Of a stretch of 64,000 nt of DNA, positions 48,976 to 58,819 are shown one piece after another. A program made the translations under genes and the position numbers. The stretch comes from an uncultured Candidatus Rokubacteria bacterium (lineage in GTDB: Bacteria; Methylomirabilota; Methylomirabilia; Rokubacteriales; CSP1-6). The notes beneath the pieces are model-generated. The model saw only the letters and a list, made by a program, of their open reading frames with translations. It was not told the origin of the DNA and ran no database searches. Positions within the stretch are counted from its first letter, which is position 1. Each line of letters begins with the position of its first letter. The stretch lies in assembly GCA_963762145.1 (NCBI GenBank), contig CAVXJS010000021.1, positions 544,001 through 608,000 on the forward strand, written 5' to 3'.

Positions 48976-49062
48976 GTGAAGCTGCTGCTCATCCGGCACG
49001 CCCCCGCGGAGCTCCGCTGGTTCGCCATGCCGCGCATCCTCCGCTCGCTCGGCGGCGCGTAG
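48976..49062 (+). pseudogene. sixA: Internally deleted phosphohistidine phosphatase SixA (28 aa)
   Basis: VKLLLIRHAPAE (RHA motif) fused in frame to LRWFAMPRILRSLGGA*; lies between CHAD and ppx. Confidence 0.7.
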
Positions 49063-49075
49063 GCTCCCGCCCGTC

Positions 49076-50026
49076 ATGGCCCGACGCGCGAAGAGGCGGC
49101 GGCGCACGGATCTGCTCGCGATCGTGGACCTGGGCTCGGCGGCGGTCCGCTTCATCATCGCGCGCATCCGGCCGAGCTCCCGCTACGACATCCTGGTCGA
49201 GGAGCGGGTGCCGACGCGCCTCGGCAGCGGGGCCCCCGGCACCCTGCCGGCCCGCGCGATCGAGAAGACCATCCGTGCCGTCCACCGCTTCTTCGCGCGC
49301 CACTCACCCCAGCGGCACGAGGGTCCCCGCGTGCTGGCCATCGCGACCTCGGCGGTCCGCGACGCGCTGAACCGCGACCGCCTCCTCGATCCGCTGCGGC
49401 GCGAGGAGGGCATCGAGGTCCGCATCCTGAGCGCGCGGGACGAGGCGCGCCTGGGGGTGGCCGCCGCGCGCGCAAGCCTGTACTTCGGCGACGCGCTGGT
49501 GGCGGACCTGGGCGGCGCGAGCCTGCAGCTCAGCCGGGTCCGCGGCGGGCGCATCGTCTCGATGGCGAGCCTGCCCCTGGGCGCGGTGCGCACCACGCAC
49601 CAGTTCCTGCGCCACGATCCGCCCACCCGGCAGGAGCTCCGCGCGTTCCGCGACGTCATCCGCGAGCGGCTGCGCCCGGCCCTGCCCGCCGCCGAGCGCG
49701 GCGAGGAATTGATCGGCCTGGGCGGCACCATGCGCACGCTCGCCAGCGTTCACCTCCGCGCGACGCACGGCGAACGCAAGCACCGCAACGGCCTCGTGCT
49801 CCACCAGTCCGACGTGACCGCGATCCGCGAGCGGCTCGAGGCCCTCTCCGCGCGGCGGCGCCGGAAGATCCGCGGGCTCAGGGAGGAGCGCGCCGACATC
49901 ATCCTGGCGGGGGCGATGGTGGTGGAAGAGGTGATGATCTTCGGCGGCTACCTGCGCCTCGTGATCTGCACCCGCGGCGTGCGCGACGGGCTGCTCTTCC
50001 AGGAAGCCTCGAAGCGCCGGTTCTGA
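49076..50026 (+). CDS. ppx: Ppx/GppA exopolyphosphatase (short form)
   Basis: IVDLGS, ATSAVRDA, EARLG, DLGGAS, GLGGT, RADIILAG, GVRDGL. Confidence 0.9.
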   Translation: MARRAKRRRRTDLLAIVDLGSAAVRFIIARIRPSSRYDILVEERVPTRLGSGAPGTLPARAIEKTIRAVHRFFARHSPQRHEGPRVLAIATSAVRDALNRDRLLDPLRREEGIEVRILSARDEARLGVAAARASLYFGDALVADLGGASLQLSRVRGGRIVSMASLPLGAVRTTHQFLRHDPPTRQELRAFRDVIRERLRPALPAAERGEELIGLGGTMRTLASVHLRATHGERKHRNGLVLHQSDVTAIRERLEALSARRRRKIRGLREERADIILAGAMVVEEVMIFGGYLRLVICTRGVRDGLLFQEASKRRF

Positions 50027-50038
50027 GCGCCGGCCGGC

Positions 50039-51220
50039 TCAGCCGAGCAGGACCGCGTCCACCGGACGCCGCGGGCTCGGCCCGGCGGGCTGCGTGGGCA
50101 GCCCCGCCCTGAACGCGAAGGTGGGCTTCCAGTCGGGCTCCCCGGTCAGCGCGGCCAGCGCCTCGGCGGCGCGCGGCGGCTTCCCCTGCTCGCGCTCCCG
50201 GTCCACCATCTCCACCGGCTGGTTGATCGGCTGCATCGCGAGCCCGCGGGCGGTGCCCATGAGGTGCAGGCGCTGCCAGCGCTGTCCCGCGCGCAGGGCC
50301 TGCGGGCGATCGTAGAGATCGCGGACCGCGATCAGGCCGAAGAGCGCGGTGGTGGGAATCTGCACGTCGCGGGTGGCATCGCGCCAGTAGCGATGGCTCG
50401 TCTCGGCCGAGGCGGCCGGCATCAGCTTGGCCATCGCGGTGACGAAGGAGCCGAGGCCGGCCGCGTCCAGGGTGAGCCCGTCGCGCCGCCGCTGCACGTC
50501 GGGCCAGCGATGACGGAACCACCGCTCGCTGGCCTCCACCATCGCGGGGTCCGCGATGATCGCGTCGGTGGCGGAGAGCACCAGATCGCCGAACTGCTTG
50601 CGCTCGCCCGGCGCCGAGAAGAGGAAGAGGCGCACGTCGGTGTCGTCCTGGAACGCGCCCCACATCTCCTCCAGCGCGCCGGCCGGCAGCGGGCGACCGA
50701 CCGCGTAGGCGCCCCGATCGGTGTGCCGCCGCGGGATGGCCTCCACGAGCTGGTCCGGCCGCGGCCGGCCCGGGGCGAGCCTGAGCGTCGCCACCGGCTG
50801 GGGGCGGGGCGACGGGGTGGCCGCGAGCGGGCCCGGATGCAGCGTGACCGCGACGTCATAGCCCAGGACGCGGGCGGTCCGGGTCATGTTCTCGAGCGCG
50901 CAGCCGAGTCCGATGTGCATCTCGCGCAGGTAGGGATCGAAGGCGCCGAGGTTGCGCCGCACGTCGGCGAAGAGCTCGATGCGCGTCGCGCCCACCTGGA
51001 AGAGCCACGGCTGGGTGTTGTGGGGATTGGCGGCGAGGATGCCGGCCCGCACCAGCCCGAGCGGCCCCGGCGCCTCGTCGCTCCGCCAGTTCGTCCACGG
51101 CTCGTACGCCACGCCGGCCCCGGCCGAGAAGACCCCCTGATCGAACACCCGCCAGACCAGTCCCCCCGCGGCCACGACCGCGACGGCTCCCGCACCTTTC
51201 AGCCACGCCCGGCGGTTCAC
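50039..51220 (-). CDS. Acg-type nitroreductase-family protein with Tat-like leader
   Basis: NRRAWL; LAANPHNTQPW, GCALEN, RRHTDR. Confidence 0.85.
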   Translation of the reverse strand: MNRRAWLKGAGAVAVVAAGGLVWRVFDQGVFSAGAGVAYEPWTNWRSDEAPGPLGLVRAGILAANPHNTQPWLFQVGATRIELFADVRRNLGAFDPYLREMHIGLGCALENMTRTARVLGYDVAVTLHPGPLAATPSPRPQPVATLRLAPGRPRPDQLVEAIPRRHTDRGAYAVGRPLPAGALEEMWGAFQDDTDVRLFLFSAPGERKQFGDLVLSATDAIIADPAMVEASERWFRHRWPDVQRRRDGLTLDAAGLGSFVTAMAKLMPAASAETSHRYWRDATRDVQIPTTALFGLIAVRDLYDRPQALRAGQRWQRLHLMGTARGLAMQPINQPVEMVDREREQGKPPRAAEALAALTGEPDWKPTFAFRAGLPTQPAGPSPRRPVDAVLLG

Positions 51221-51330
51221 GCCAGAAAAGGTAACACGGCCGCCCGGTTGACCGTCGCGCGGCGCCCGTGCTACAAGCGGGGCTACCCCAACGGACGCGC
51301 CAGCCGCAGGCCCGGCAAGGAGGCCCCGCC

Positions 51331-52545
51331 ATGGATCTCAACTACACCGCCGAGGACGTCGCCTTCCGCAAGCAGGTCCGCACGTGGCTCGAGCTGAACA
51401 TGCCACGGCAGATCCGGAACCTTGACGAGCGCAAGGCCTGGCATCGCAAGCTCTACGAGGGCGGCTACCTCGGCATGGGATGGCCGAAGGAGTACGGGGG
51501 CCAGGGCGCGCGGCCGATGGAGCAGGCGATCGTCGCCGACGAGATGGCGCGGGCGGGCGCGCCCGCCCCGACCAACAGCCTGGGAGTCGGCATCGTCGGC
51601 CCCACCATCGTGGTGCACGGCACCGACGCCCAGAAGCGGCGCTACCTCCGGAAGATCCTCACCGCGGAGGAGATGTGGTGCCAGCTCTACTCCGAGCCGA
51701 ACGCGGGCTCCGACCTCGCCGCGCTGCGGACCAGCGCGGAGGACAAGGGCGACCACTTCCAGGTCAACGGCCAGAAGATCTGGACGAGCGGCGGCGCGAT
51801 CGCCGACTGGGGCCTTCTGCTCGCGCGCACCGATCCCGCGGTGGCCAAGCACAAGGGCATCAGCTGCTTCCTGATGAACATGCGCCAGCCCGGCGTGGAC
51901 GTGCGCCCGCTCAAGCAGATCACCGGCTCCTCGGAGTTCTGCGAGGTGTTCATGACCAACGCGCGGGTGGAGAAGGAGAACCAGATCGGCCGCCTGGGCG
52001 AGGGCTGGGGCATCGCGCAGACCACCCTCGGCTACGAGCGCGGAGGCCGCGCGCTGGCCCGCATCACCACCTACGCCTCGCAGTACCGGCAGCTGATGGA
52101 CGCGGCGCGCCGCCTCAAGCGCAACGGCCGCCCGATCCTGGACGACGCGGTCACGCGCCAGAAGCTCGGCCGGATCTGGGCCGATCTGGAGGTGGAGCGC
52201 TACGGCGCCCTGCGCGTGCTGACCCTCCTGGAGCGCGGCGAGCATCCCGGCGCGGGCGGCTCGCTCACCAAGCTCTCCTACTCGGAGTTCGAGAAGCGCT
52301 TCATGGAGCTGGCCGAGGAGATCCTCGGCCCGTACGGGCAGCTCACCGACGGAGTGCCCCCCGAGTACCGATTGGAGGTCGACACCGCGGTGGGCGATCA
52401 CGGCACCTGGGCCTACGCGTTCCTGTGGTCGCGCGCGGGCACGATCTACGCCGGCTCCTCGGAGGTCCAGAAGAACGTCATCGGGGAGCGCATCCTCGGG
52501 CTGCCGAAGGAATCCCGGGCCGATCGCGTCGGAGGCATTCGATGA
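51331..52545 (+). CDS. Acyl-CoA dehydrogenase
   Basis: WPKEYGG, CQLYSEPNAGSDLA, NGQKIWTS, TIYAGSSEVQKN. Confidence 0.93.
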   Translation: MDLNYTAEDVAFRKQVRTWLELNMPRQIRNLDERKAWHRKLYEGGYLGMGWPKEYGGQGARPMEQAIVADEMARAGAPAPTNSLGVGIVGPTIVVHGTDAQKRRYLRKILTAEEMWCQLYSEPNAGSDLAALRTSAEDKGDHFQVNGQKIWTSGGAIADWGLLLARTDPAVAKHKGISCFLMNMRQPGVDVRPLKQITGSSEFCEVFMTNARVEKENQIGRLGEGWGIAQTTLGYERGGRALARITTYASQYRQLMDAARRLKRNGRPILDDAVTRQKLGRIWADLEVERYGALRVLTLLERGEHPGAGGSLTKLSYSEFEKRFMELAEEILGPYGQLTDGVPPEYRLEVDTAVGDHGTWAYAFLWSRAGTIYAGSSEVQKNVIGERILGLPKESRADRVGGIR

Positions 52546-53678
52546 ATTTCTCGTTCAGCGAAGATCAGACCCTGCTCCGGAGCTCCGTCCGCGCCGCGCT
52601 CGACGAGCAGTGCAAGCCCGCCCACGTGCGCGCGATGATGGAGGACGCCGGCTCCGGCTACAGCGACTCGCTGTGGGGCGAGATGGCCAAGCTCGGCTGG
52701 CTCGGCCTGCCGTTCGCCGAGGAGCAAGGCGGCGCGGGCCTGGGCCTGGTGGAGCTCGCGCTCGTGCTGGAGGAGATGGGCCGCGCCGCGTATCCCGGCC
52801 CCTACTTCGCCAGCGTGGTGCTGGCCGGGCTCGGCCTGCAGGCCGGCGGCAGCGCGGCTCAGCAGGAGCGGTGGCTGCCCGCCATCGCGTCCGGCCAGGC
52901 GCGCGGCACCGCGGCGCTGCTGGAGGACTCGCTCGACTGGGATCCCGCCACCACCACCGCGACGGCCACGAAGACCGGCACGGGCTTTCGCATCAGCGGC
53001 GTGAAGCGCTTCGTGCCGTGGGCCCACGTGGCCGACGTGGCGCTGATCCCCGCGCGCGCGCCCGAGGGCGTCTCGCTCTTCCTGGTGGACCCGCGCGCCG
53101 CCGGGGTCACGCTCACCCCCATGGTGGGCATCGATCTCGCCAACCGCTGGTCCGAGATGCGCCTCGACGACGTCGCGGTGCCCGCGGATGCCCTGATGGG
53201 CGCGGCGGGCGGCGCGGGCCCGGTGCTGGAGGGCCTGCTCCGCCGCGCGGCGGTCGGCGCCTCCGCCGAGATGCTGGGCGCGGCGCGCCGCTGCCTCGAC
53301 ATGAGCGTGGGCTACGCGAAGGTGCGCGAGCAGTTCGGCCAGCTCATCGGCTCGTTCCAGGCCATCCGCCACCGCTGCGCCGAGATGCTGCTCGAGGTGG
53401 AGAAGGCGCACGCCGCGGTGTACTACGCGGCCTGGGCGCTCAGCGCCGGCGCGGAGGACGCGACCATGGCCGCCTCGGTCTGCAAGTCGTTCGTGAGCGA
53501 GGCCGCGCGCCAGGTGTGCGGCGACGCCATCCAGGTCCACGGCGGCATCGGCTTCACCTGGGAGTACGATCTCCACCTCTACTTCAAGCGCGCCAAGGCG
53601 CTCGAGCCTCTCTACGGCGACGCCGCCTACCACCGCGAGCTGCTCATCCGGGGTCAGGTCTTACATTCCGACAAATGA
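52542..53678 (+). CDS. Acyl-CoA dehydrogenase (partner subunit)
   Basis: EEMGR, REQFGQLIGSFQA, IQVHGGIGFTWE. Confidence 0.92.
   Translation: MNFSFSEDQTLLRSSVRAALDEQCKPAHVRAMMEDAGSGYSDSLWGEMAKLGWLGLPFAEEQGGAGLGLVELALVLEEMGRAAYPGPYFASVVLAGLGLQAGGSAAQQERWLPAIASGQARGTAALLEDSLDWDPATTTATATKTGTGFRISGVKRFVPWAHVADVALIPARAPEGVSLFLVDPRAAGVTLTPMVGIDLANRWSEMRLDDVAVPADALMGAAGGAGPVLEGLLRRAAVGASAEMLGAARRCLDMSVGYAKVREQFGQLIGSFQAIRHRCAEMLLEVEKAHAAVYYAAWALSAGAEDATMAASVCKSFVSEAARQVCGDAIQVHGGIGFTWEYDLHLYFKRAKALEPLYGDAAYHRELLIRGQVLHSDK
53650..53673 (+). repeat. Single degenerate GGGGTCAGGTCTT REP forming the ACAD C-terminus
   Basis: 21/24 match to the left arm at 55642. Confidence 0.7.
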
Positions 53679-54832
53679 CCGGCGCGCTGGATGGCATCCG
53701 CGTAATTGACCTGACCTCGTACATCGCGGGGTCGTACGGGGCGATGATGCTGGCGGACCTGGGCGCCGACGTCATCAAGGTGGAGGCGATCGAGGGCGAC
53801 TCGTTCCGCGAGCTGCCCGGCTTCTACGGCTGGAATCGCGGCAAGCGCTCGATCGCGGTCAACGTGAAGGACCCCGACGGCCGCGGCATCGTCCACCGCC
53901 TGGCCCGCGACGCCGACGTGGTCATGGAGAACATGCGCCCCGGCGTGGTCGAGCGATTGGGCGTGGACTACGAGACGCTCCGGGCGATCAACCCGCGGAT
54001 CATCTACGCGAGCGTGACCGCGTTCGGCTCCGACGGCCCCTACAAGGAGCGCCCGGGCTTCGATCCCCTGCTGCAGGCCATGGGCGGCGTCATGAGCCTG
54101 CAGGGTCTGGGCGCGACCCCCCAGTACCTGCGCATCGCGGTCACCGACTACTACTGCGCCTCGCTCAACTGCCAGATGGTGCTGGCCGCGCTGTTCGCGC
54201 GCGAGCGCACCGGCCGAGGGCAGCGCGTGCAGACCTCGTTGCTACAGGCGGTGCTCGCGCTGCAGTCCGGGAACGTGGTGGCCTATCCGGGCCACGAGGT
54301 CGTCTACCGCCCGACGCCGACCTACCGCCTCTACCAGGGCAGCGACGGGCAGTGGTTCTTCCTGGCCGTCGGCAACCAATCGTTCTGGGTGAAGCTCTGC
54401 AAGACGGTCGGCCGCGAGGATCTGGCCCAGGATCCGCGCTTCGGCTCCTGGTTCTCCCGGCGCGACAACGCCGACGCGCTGATGCCGCTGCTCGAGGAGG
54501 CGTTCGGGTCCAAGCCCGCGGCGGAGTGGGTGCGCATCCTGACCGAGAGCGACATCCCGGCCGCGGCGACCCAGTCGCTCCAGGAGTTCATGCGCGATCC
54601 CGCGGTGCTCCATCACAAGATGATCGTCGAGTACGACCACCCGGAGCTGGGCCCGCTCTCCCTGATGGGCCAGCCGATCCGGTTCTCCGAGACCCAGGCC
54701 CCCGACGCGGGCCCGCCGCCGCTCCTCGGCCAGCACACCGCCGAGGTGCTGCGCGAGGCGGGCTACGCCGACCCCGAGATCGCCGAGCTGCGCCGCCGCG
54801 GCGTCGTCGCCGGCAAGGACACGCCCGCATGA
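53675..54832 (+). CDS. CoA-transferase family III (CaiB/BaiF)
   Basis: LADLGADVIKVE, NRGKRS, ENMRPG, PGFD, PLLGQHT. Confidence 0.92.
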   Translation: MTGALDGIRVIDLTSYIAGSYGAMMLADLGADVIKVEAIEGDSFRELPGFYGWNRGKRSIAVNVKDPDGRGIVHRLARDADVVMENMRPGVVERLGVDYETLRAINPRIIYASVTAFGSDGPYKERPGFDPLLQAMGGVMSLQGLGATPQYLRIAVTDYYCASLNCQMVLAALFARERTGRGQRVQTSLLQAVLALQSGNVVAYPGHEVVYRPTPTYRLYQGSDGQWFFLAVGNQSFWVKLCKTVGREDLAQDPRFGSWFSRRDNADALMPLLEEAFGSKPAAEWVRILTESDIPAAATQSLQEFMRDPAVLHHKMIVEYDHPELGPLSLMGQPIRFSETQAPDAGPPPLLGQHTAEVLREAGYADPEIAELRRRGVVAGKDTPA

Positions 54833-55641
54833 CCAACGCAAAATCCGACCGAGCGACCACCAAGTACGAGGCCATCCGCTACGAGCAGGCCGACGGCGTG
54901 GCCACCATCACCTTGAACCGGCCCGACGTGCACAACGCGATGAACCAGGCGATGCGCCGCGAGCTGCTCGAGGTGTTCACGCACCTGCGCACCGACGACA
55001 CGGTGCGCGCGGTGGTGGTGATGGGCGGCGGCGACAAGGCCTTCTCGGCGGGCGCCGACATCCGCGAGTTCCTGGAGCCGCCGGTGCCCACCCAGTTCCG
55101 CGAGGCGCGCCGGCGCGTGGACTTCCGCCGCGAGATGGAGCGCTGTTCCCAGCCCATCATCGCGGCGATCCGCGGCTACGCCTTCGGCGGCGGGCTCGAG
55201 CTGGCCCTGGCCTGCGACATCCGGGTCGCCGCGGAGGACGCGCAGCTCGGCCTCACCGAGATCAACCTCGCGATCATTCCGGGCGGCGGCGGCACCCAGC
55301 GGCTGCCGCGGCTCGTGGGCCGGGGCAAGGCGCTCGAGATGATCCTCACCGGCATGCGCATCCCGGCCGCGGAGGCGCTGCGCATCGGCCTGGTGGAGCG
55401 CGTGGTGCCGCTCGCGGAGCACCCGTCCGCCGCGCAGGCGCTGGCCCGCACGATCGCGGACAAGGCGCCGGTGGCGCTGCGCTACGCGAAGGAAGCGGTG
55501 GTGGGCGGCATCGGGATGACGCTCGAGGACGGCATCCGCCTCGAGAACGACCTCGCCACCCTCCTCCGCACCACCGAGGACCGCATCGAGGGCGCCAAGG
55601 CCTTCGTGGAGAAACGCAAACCCCGCTGGACCGGTAAGTAA
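54829..55641 (+). CDS. Enoyl-CoA hydratase/isomerase
   Basis: LNRPD, FSAGADI, GGGLELALACD, PGGGGTQRL. Confidence 0.92.
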   Translation: MTNAKSDRATTKYEAIRYEQADGVATITLNRPDVHNAMNQAMRRELLEVFTHLRTDDTVRAVVVMGGGDKAFSAGADIREFLEPPVPTQFREARRRVDFRREMERCSQPIIAAIRGYAFGGGLELALACDIRVAAEDAQLGLTEINLAIIPGGGGTQRLPRLVGRGKALEMILTGMRIPAAEALRIGLVERVVPLAEHPSAAQALARTIADKAPVALRYAKEAVVGGIGMTLEDGIRLENDLATLLRTTEDRIEGAKAFVEKRKPRWTGK

Positions 55642-55725
55642 GGGGTCAGGTCTTGAATTACGACATTTCCGCGCGCGAGGCGACGCCTCCCTCGGTGAAA
55701 ATGTCGTAATTCAAGACCTGACCCC
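55642..55725. repeat. REPIN-like element: 27-bp perfect inverted repeat with 30-bp spacer
   Basis: GGGGTCAGGTCTTGAATTACGACATTT ... AAATGTCGTAATTCAAGACCTGACCCC between convergent genes. Confidence 0.9.
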
Positions 55726-55728
55726 GGC

Positions 55729-56580
55729 CTAGCGCGGGGTGTCGCCCGCCAGCGTCACGCGATGCATGAGGCGCTTGAAGCCGGCGTAGTCGTTCACCGC
55801 GTTGTGCTGGACGCAGCGGTTGTCCCAGAACGCGATGGAGCCGGGCTGCCACTGGAAGCGGCAGGTCAGCTCGGGCCGCACCTGGTGCTGGAAGAGATAC
55901 GCGAGCAGCGGCGCGCTCTCCTCCTCCGTCCAGCCCTGGAAGCGCGCGGTGTGGCCGTGGTTGACGTAGAGCGCCTTGCGCCCCGTCTCCGGGTGCGTGC
56001 GCGCCACCGGGTGCTCGCTCGTCAGCACCTTCATCTCGACGCCGGCCGCCTTCAGCCGGTCCTCGCGCGTCTTCGACGCCTCCGCCTTGGTCGAGGTGTT
56101 GACGCCGACCAGCCCGTCGAGCGCGCGGCGCAGGCCCTCCGAGAGCGTCTCGTAGGCGGTGTACTGGTTGGCGAAGATGGTGTCGCCCCCGTAGGGCGGG
56201 ATCTCCACCGCGTAGAGCATGCTCGCCATCGGCGGCTGCGCGAGATACGTGGTGTCGGAATGCCACACCCCGCCGAAGTTGATCTGCTCGTGCGCCAGCT
56301 TGACCACCGGCGTGATCAGCGGGCACTCCGGCAGGCCCTTGAGCTGCGGGTACTCCATCGGCTCGCCGAAGCGCCGGGCGAACGCGAGCTGCTCGTGCGG
56401 GGTCACCTTCTGGTCGCGGAAGAAGATCACCAGGTGGTCGAGATAGGCGTGCCGGATCTCCGCGATGACCGCGTCGTCGAGGGCGGCCGCCACGTTGACA
56501 CCGCGGATCTCCGCGCCGAGCGCGCCGGCCACCGGCTGCACCTCGATGTGTCGATATCTCCCGGCCTGGTTGCGCGGCAT
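55729..56580 (-). CDS. TauD/TfdA Fe(II)/2-oxoglutarate dioxygenase
   Basis: WHSDTT, GGDT, HPVARTHPETGRK, WDNR..QH, MHR. Confidence 0.92.
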   Translation of the reverse strand: MPRNQAGRYRHIEVQPVAGALGAEIRGVNVAAALDDAVIAEIRHAYLDHLVIFFRDQKVTPHEQLAFARRFGEPMEYPQLKGLPECPLITPVVKLAHEQINFGGVWHSDTTYLAQPPMASMLYAVEIPPYGGDTIFANQYTAYETLSEGLRRALDGLVGVNTSTKAEASKTREDRLKAAGVEMKVLTSEHPVARTHPETGRKALYVNHGHTARFQGWTEEESAPLLAYLFQHQVRPELTCRFQWQPGSIAFWDNRCVQHNAVNDYAGFKRLMHRVTLAGDTPR

Positions 56581-56600
56581 GAGGCCTCCTGGATTCCCGC

Positions 56601-57527
56601 CTACAGCGAGTTGAAGTGCTCGGCCATCCGCCGGCGGAGCGCGGCGTCCGGCAGCGGCCCCGACAGCGCGCCCAGATTGTCCGCCACGTGGCGGGGATTG
56701 CGCGTCCCCGGGATGACGCACGTGACCGCGGGCTGGGCCACGATCCACTTCAGGAAGAACTGCGCCCAGCTCGCCGCCCCCGCCTCCTTGGCCCACTCCG
56801 GCAGCGGGCGGCCCTTCACCCGGCGGAACATCGCGCCCTCCGCGAAGGGCCGGTTGACGATCACCGCGGTGCCCGCCTCCGCCGCGACGCCGAGCAGCCG
56901 CCGCTCCGCCTCCGGCTCGGCCAGGGAGAAGTTCACCTGCACGAAGTCGATGTCGCCCTTCCGGACGAGCTGCTCCAGATCGCCGTGCGCGCCCGCGTGG
57001 TAGTGCGTGATGCCGAGGTAGCGGACGCGCCCGGCCGCCTTCCAGTCCCGCAGCGTGGCCAGATGCGTCGGCGTGTCCACCAGGTTGTGCACCTGCATGA
57101 GATCGAGGCGATCCACACGCAGCTTCCGCATCGAATCCTCCATCTGGCGGATGCCCGCCTGCTTGCCGCTCGTCCACACCTTGGTGGCCACGAAGAGCTT
57201 GGGCCGCACGCCCAGCTCGGCGGCCAGCTGGCCGGTCACCTGCTCGGAGGAGCCGTACATCGGCGAGCTGTCCACCATGCGCCCGCCGCCTTCCACGAAG
57301 ACGCGGAGCGTCTCCCTGGCCTGCGCCAGCTCCTTGGCGTCGCCGGCCACGTCGAAGACCTGCCAGGTGCCGAGCCCCACCGCGGGCAGCGCCTCGCCGG
57401 ACTTCGGGATGCGTCGCTCCAGCAGCCCCTGCCCGCGCGACTCGGCCGGCATCACCAGCGCGCCCAGGAGCGCGCCGGCGGTCGCGAGGAAGGCGCGACG
57501 GGAGACCGGACGGGCGTCCACACTCAC
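56601..57527 (-). CDS. Aldo/keto reductase with Tat signal
   Basis: SRRAFL; GLGTW, DSSPMYG, ATKV, DLMQVHN, IPGT. Confidence 0.9.
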   Translation of the reverse strand: MSVDARPVSRRAFLATAGALLGALVMPAESRGQGLLERRIPKSGEALPAVGLGTWQVFDVAGDAKELAQARETLRVFVEGGGRMVDSSPMYGSSEQVTGQLAAELGVRPKLFVATKVWTSGKQAGIRQMEDSMRKLRVDRLDLMQVHNLVDTPTHLATLRDWKAAGRVRYLGITHYHAGAHGDLEQLVRKGDIDFVQVNFSLAEPEAERRLLGVAAEAGTAVIVNRPFAEGAMFRRVKGRPLPEWAKEAGAASWAQFFLKWIVAQPAVTCVIPGTRNPRHVADNLGALSGPLPDAALRRRMAEHFNSL

Positions 57528-58336
57528 ACGCTCCCGTCCGCGAGACCGGCGATCAGGGCGGCAACGGCGTCGGCGTGGGTGGTGGTCATGGCGTGGTTGG
57601 CGTTCTCGAGCGTCCTGATCATACCGCGCGGCGCGTGCGAGGCAATGGCCTCCACGATCCGGCCCGTCATCGCCGGGCTCCGCGAGCCGACCGCGCAGAG
57701 GACCGGCATGGCCAGGCCCCGCAGGGCCGCCGCCGAGTACGGGTCGCGAAACGTCGCGCGGACGTCGCGCACGTTGTGCCCGGTGTGGGCGACCAGGAAC
57801 TCGCGCATCGGCGGGGGCATCTGATCGAGCGCGCCCGCGCCGAACCAGTAGTCCACCATGATCCGGACCGCGCCGGGGTCGCCGCGCTCGAAGGCCGCGC
57901 AGTAGCCCTCGAACAGCGCCTGGGCGGCGGCGAAGGCTTCCGTCTCGCCCACCGCGGCCAGCACCGGGATCGCCACCGGCTCGAACAGCGCCAGCCCCCG
58001 CGGCTCCACCCGTCCGCGCAGCGCGGTCTGGAGCGCCACCGCGCCGCCGTACGAATGCCCGGCCAGCACCGCGGGCGGGCCGACCTCCGCGATCAGCGCC
58101 TCGATCAGCCCCGCCGCGTACGAGCTGTCGCCCGGCCCGTCGTCGCGCGGGCGGCTCGTGCCTCCGTACCCGGGCAGGTTCGGCGAGATCACGCGGAAGC
58201 GCGGGGCGAGCCGATCCGCCACCGGCTGCCAGGCGCGCGACGTCCCGGGCGACCCGTGCACCAGCACGATCACCGGACCCTGGCCGGCGTCGTCGTAAGC
58301 GACCGCGTCCGCGTCGGAGATCCGGAGCGTGGGCAT
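57524..58336 (-). CDS. Alpha/beta fold hydrolase
   Basis: LVHG, PGYGG, GHSYGG, NH. Confidence 0.9.
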   Translation of the reverse strand: MPTLRISDADAVAYDDAGQGPVIVLVHGSPGTSRAWQPVADRLAPRFRVISPNLPGYGGTSRPRDDGPGDSSYAAGLIEALIAEVGPPAVLAGHSYGGAVALQTALRGRVEPRGLALFEPVAIPVLAAVGETEAFAAAQALFEGYCAAFERGDPGAVRIMVDYWFGAGALDQMPPPMREFLVAHTGHNVRDVRATFRDPYSAAALRGLAMPVLCAVGSRSPAMTGRIVEAIASHAPRGMIRTLENANHAMTTTHADAVAALIAGLADGSV

Positions 58337-58342
58337 CCGGCC

Positions 58343-58819
58343 CTACCGCGCGCCCCGCGAGGGGGCGACCACGATGGGGTCACCCACGCCGGGCGGCACC
58401 ACGAAGGCGAAGCGGCAGTCCGGCGCGAAGCGGTCGTCGAAGCCCTCGAGCCCCAGCTCGCGCCGCCCCGCGTTGCTCCAGAGCGAGAGCACGTCGCGGC
58501 GCCCGAAATAGCCGACCCAGGGCTCGTGCAGGAAGACGATGGGGTGCGCCCGCTGCGCCTCCGGATGCTCGGCGCCGAAGTGGAGCGCGTCCTCGTAGAT
58601 CGGGCGGGCGAGGCCGCGGCGGGCCGCCTCGGCCAGCGCGTCCGACGCGGTCACCGCGCGGTCGAACCCGAGGAGGACGATCTCCGCGGGCCCGGGCGCC
58701 GCCGTGCGCGCCGGGAAGTTCTCGGACGTCACGCAAGAGTGCGCGTACCCGTACCCGCCGGCCTCCACGAGCTGCTCGGTGGAGCCCCGGCCGGCCCGTG
58801 TGATCCGGTAGCGCGTCAC
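58343..58819 (-). CDS. Hypothetical protein
   Basis: GTG overlaps the dioxygenase stop; ...ENFP...EDALHFGAEHPEAQR..PIVFL. Confidence 0.65.
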   Translation of the reverse strand: MTRYRITRAGRGSTEQLVEAGGYGYAHSCVTSENFPARTAAPGPAEIVLLGFDRAVTASDALAEAARRGLARPIYEDALHFGAEHPEAQRAHPIVFLHEPWVGYFGRRDVLSLWSNAGRRELGLEGFDDRFAPDCRFAFVVPPGVGDPIVVAPSRGAR

